DNA of 64,000 nucleotides. It comes from an uncultured delta proteobacterium (GTDB lineage Bacteria > Desulfobacterota > WTBG01). Shown in pieces: positions 62,011 to 64,000 of the stretch. Position numbers and translations under genes: made by a program. Below the pieces are notes generated by a model. That model did no database searches. It had not been told where the DNA came from and saw only the letters and a list, made by a program, of their open reading frames with translations. Position 1 is the first letter of the stretch, and the number at the start of each line of letters is the position of its first letter. The stretch is taken from assembly GCA_963793865.1 (NCBI GenBank), contig CAWCBP010000001.1, forward strand, positions 608,001 to 672,000. The letters are read 5' to 3'.

Positions 62011-62889
62011 TCAGCGCTTTTCTTCCACCAGCTCCGCCACCACGGACAGCCCGATGGGGATGCCCTCCTTTTCAGGGGTAAAGGAGAGAACAACCTCCTG
62101 AAACTTGGTGTCGAAGCGTTCCTGCACATCCTCGGTGCGAAAATCCCGGCGGCCCATGTACGGTGCCCGGTACAGAACCTCTCCGCTGCCCAGGTATCCG
62201 TTGGTTTCCGAGTGGTAAATCTTGTAGCGAGATCCCGGGACAATCCGATCCATCCAGAATGATTCGATGAAGAACCGGACCCACAGGTCGTGGGATCCAA
62301 CAATAATGCGGGTAATGTCACCCGAAGAGAGGGTTTCACCCAGGCGCACGTCAAATTTGTATACCTTGCCGTCAATGGGCGAGGTCATTTCCAGCTCCTT
62401 GAGCCGGGCGGTGGCCAGCTCAACCTCCTGCAGCGCGACCCGCAAATTGCTTACCTCCAGCTCTTTTTTAAGTCGCGACTGGGTATAGCCGAATTCAGAA
62501 TCAACCTTCTGGGCATAGAGTGTCTTTTTCCTGCTCATGTCATCGCTGGTAATGTCAATCGTCTTTTCGGCGGAGGTGACTTTGGCCTGTGCCAGTGCGA
62601 GTTCCGCTCGCTCCACATCATTATCGAGCAGGCAGAGCACCTGCCCCGTGCGCACCACGTCACCTTCCTTGACGAAAATCTGCACAACATCCTTGGTGAC
62701 GGGGGGGCTTACAAAAACCTCCCGGCCGGCCGGTTCAACCACCCCGTACACACGGGCGGGTGATTCACTCAAAACGGGCGGCTCAGCCGCTTTGGGAGTC
62801 GCGGAGGCAATCATCAGGCTGTACAGGATAAAGACCAGGCCCAGCCCGACTACGATAATGGTGATGCCGTAGGTAAGCAGTTTTCTCAT
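62011..62889 (-). CDS. HlyD/membrane-fusion adaptor protein
   Basis: N-terminal TM, VKEGD.V, SPIDGKV. Confidence 0.85.
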   Translation of the reverse strand: MRKLLTYGITIIVVGLGLVFILYSLMIASATPKAAEPPVLSESPARVYGVVEPAGREVFVSPPVTKDVVQIFVKEGDVVRTGQVLCLLDNDVERAELALAQAKVTSAEKTIDITSDDMSRKKTLYAQKVDSEFGYTQSRLKKELEVSNLRVALQEVELATARLKELEMTSPIDGKVYKFDVRLGETLSSGDITRIIVGSHDLWVRFFIESFWMDRIVPGSRYKIYHSETNGYLGSGEVLYRAPYMGRRDFRTEDVQERFDTKFQEVVLSFTPEKEGIPIGLSVVAELVEEKR

Positions 62890-63602
62890 ATGCCGTTTCC
62901 TTCCTTGCTGTCCGATTTGGAATCATATCCGATGTTTCCGTCTTCTATCTTGATCAGGCGGTCCGCGTAAGGGAACACCCGGGGGTCGTGGGTTACCAGC
63001 ACCACGCCGCGCGCGCTGTCCTGAGAAATGCGCTTGAGGGTATCGAGCACAACGGTGCTGCTCTCGGTGTCAAGCGCCGATGTGGGCTCGTCGCACAGGA
63101 GCAAAAGGGGTTCATTGATGAGCGAGCGGGCTATGGCAACGCGCTGCTTTTGGCCGGAGGAAAGCTGCTTAGATCTTCCCCGGGCATAGTCGCGGAGACC
63201 GAAGTTGGAAAGCAGGGTCAGCGCTTTCTCCCTGGTTGCGGACGAGGCTGATTTTCCCTGAATGGAGTGGCCGATGAGGACATTGTCCATAACCGAGAGG
63301 GCGGGGATGAGCTCGGCGAGCTGAAAGACAAAACCATAGTATTTCATGCGCATGGTTGCGCGCGCGTTTTCCGAGCTTAAGGACACCTCGCGGTCTCCTA
63401 TAAATATTTGTCCCTCGGAAGGCTTGAGCAGCAGGCCCATGATGGAGAGAAGGGTTGTTTTCCCGCTGCCCGAGGGGCCGGCGAGGATGGTGAGCTCCCC
63501 GGGGTAGATGCTGAGGTCCATTTTTTTCAGGACCCGCCTGATCTCCCTTCCGTCGGAAAAATCCCGCGCTATACCGTTAAGCTGAATAAGCGGTTGTAAC
63601 AT
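62886..63602 (-). CDS. ABC transporter ATP-binding protein (LolD/MacB type)
   Basis: GPSGSGKT, LSSGQKQR, DEPT. Confidence 0.93.
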   Translation of the reverse strand: MLQPLIQLNGIARDFSDGREIRRVLKKMDLSIYPGELTILAGPSGSGKTTLLSIMGLLLKPSEGQIFIGDREVSLSSENARATMRMKYYGFVFQLAELIPALSVMDNVLIGHSIQGKSASSATREKALTLLSNFGLRDYARGRSKQLSSGQKQRVAIARSLINEPLLLLCDEPTSALDTESSTVVLDTLKRISQDSARGVVLVTHDPRVFPYADRLIKIEDGNIGYDSKSDSKEGNGI

Positions 63603-63646
63603 GCGTTGTTGGTGCTCCTGTTCCGTTGTGACGGTGAACGCGGCTG

Positions 63647-64000
63647 CTATCGAAATACCGATGCCGGGTCAACGCTGGTTGCTTTGCGCATGGCGAATAA
63701 TGAGGCCACCAGGCAGAGCAAAAGGGTGCCCAGGGCATGGTAGCAGGCTACGTATTGCGGCATGTAGCTCGGCAGCCGTGAGCCGTGTGTGGAATACAGG
63801 AAAAAGGCGAGGAGCAGAAATCCGATGAAGATGCCCCCGATGCCGATCATGAGCGACTGGTAAAGAACAATAAGAAAGATGTCAATTTTACGTGCGCCCA
63901 GCGCGCGCAGAACCGCAAACTCCTTCTGGCGGTGCAGGACGCTGGTGTACATGGTGAGCATGATGATGACCATTCCCACCAGTGCGCCGATCAGGGTGGA
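63647..64000 (-). CDS. ABC transporter permease (FtsX-like), 5' end outside the window
   Basis: EFAVLRALGA, DPASVFR. Confidence 0.85.
   Translation of the reverse strand, partial: STLIGALVGMVIIMLTMYTSVLHRQKEFAVLRALGARKIDIFLIVLYQSLMIGIGGIFIGFLLLAFFLYSTHGSRLPSYMPQYVACYHALGTLLLCLVASLFAMRKATSVDPASVFR

Overview
Gene-dense, ~55% GC (by eye) window from an anaerobic bacterium; gene content suggests Desulfobacterota/deltaproteobacterial affinity (inference). From left to right: a DUF1566 protein and a nonaheme surface cytochrome; an Rrf2-cysK operon with an archaeal-type homocysteine pathway (DUF39 + NIL-ferredoxin), MOSC, mnmA and bioB; a stand-alone NrdD glycyl-radical domain divergent from a PerR-like regulator and CO dehydrogenase; sigma70-hsp20-lon; three copper-ligand-free cupredoxin-like paralogues; an E3-less PDH operon containing an OsmC gene; Kef; a frameshifted cohesin/Cys-repeat/dockerin-like surface protein. 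Then comes a ~15 kb all-minus-strand PerR-headed oxidative-stress/Fe-S island (nifU, nifS, cysE, rubredoxins, FprA, Trx, TldD/E), followed by a porin, a secreted SOR-like protein, ispH and an ABC exporter. The best hidden signal is two UGA-recoded selenoproteins (a UxxC glutaredoxin and a UxxC thioredoxin-TPR protein), each with a SECIS-like hairpin, missed or truncated by the ORF track. Several genes carry single-base frameshifts that look like long-read assembly errors. No rRNA, tRNA, CRISPR array or transposase was recognised.
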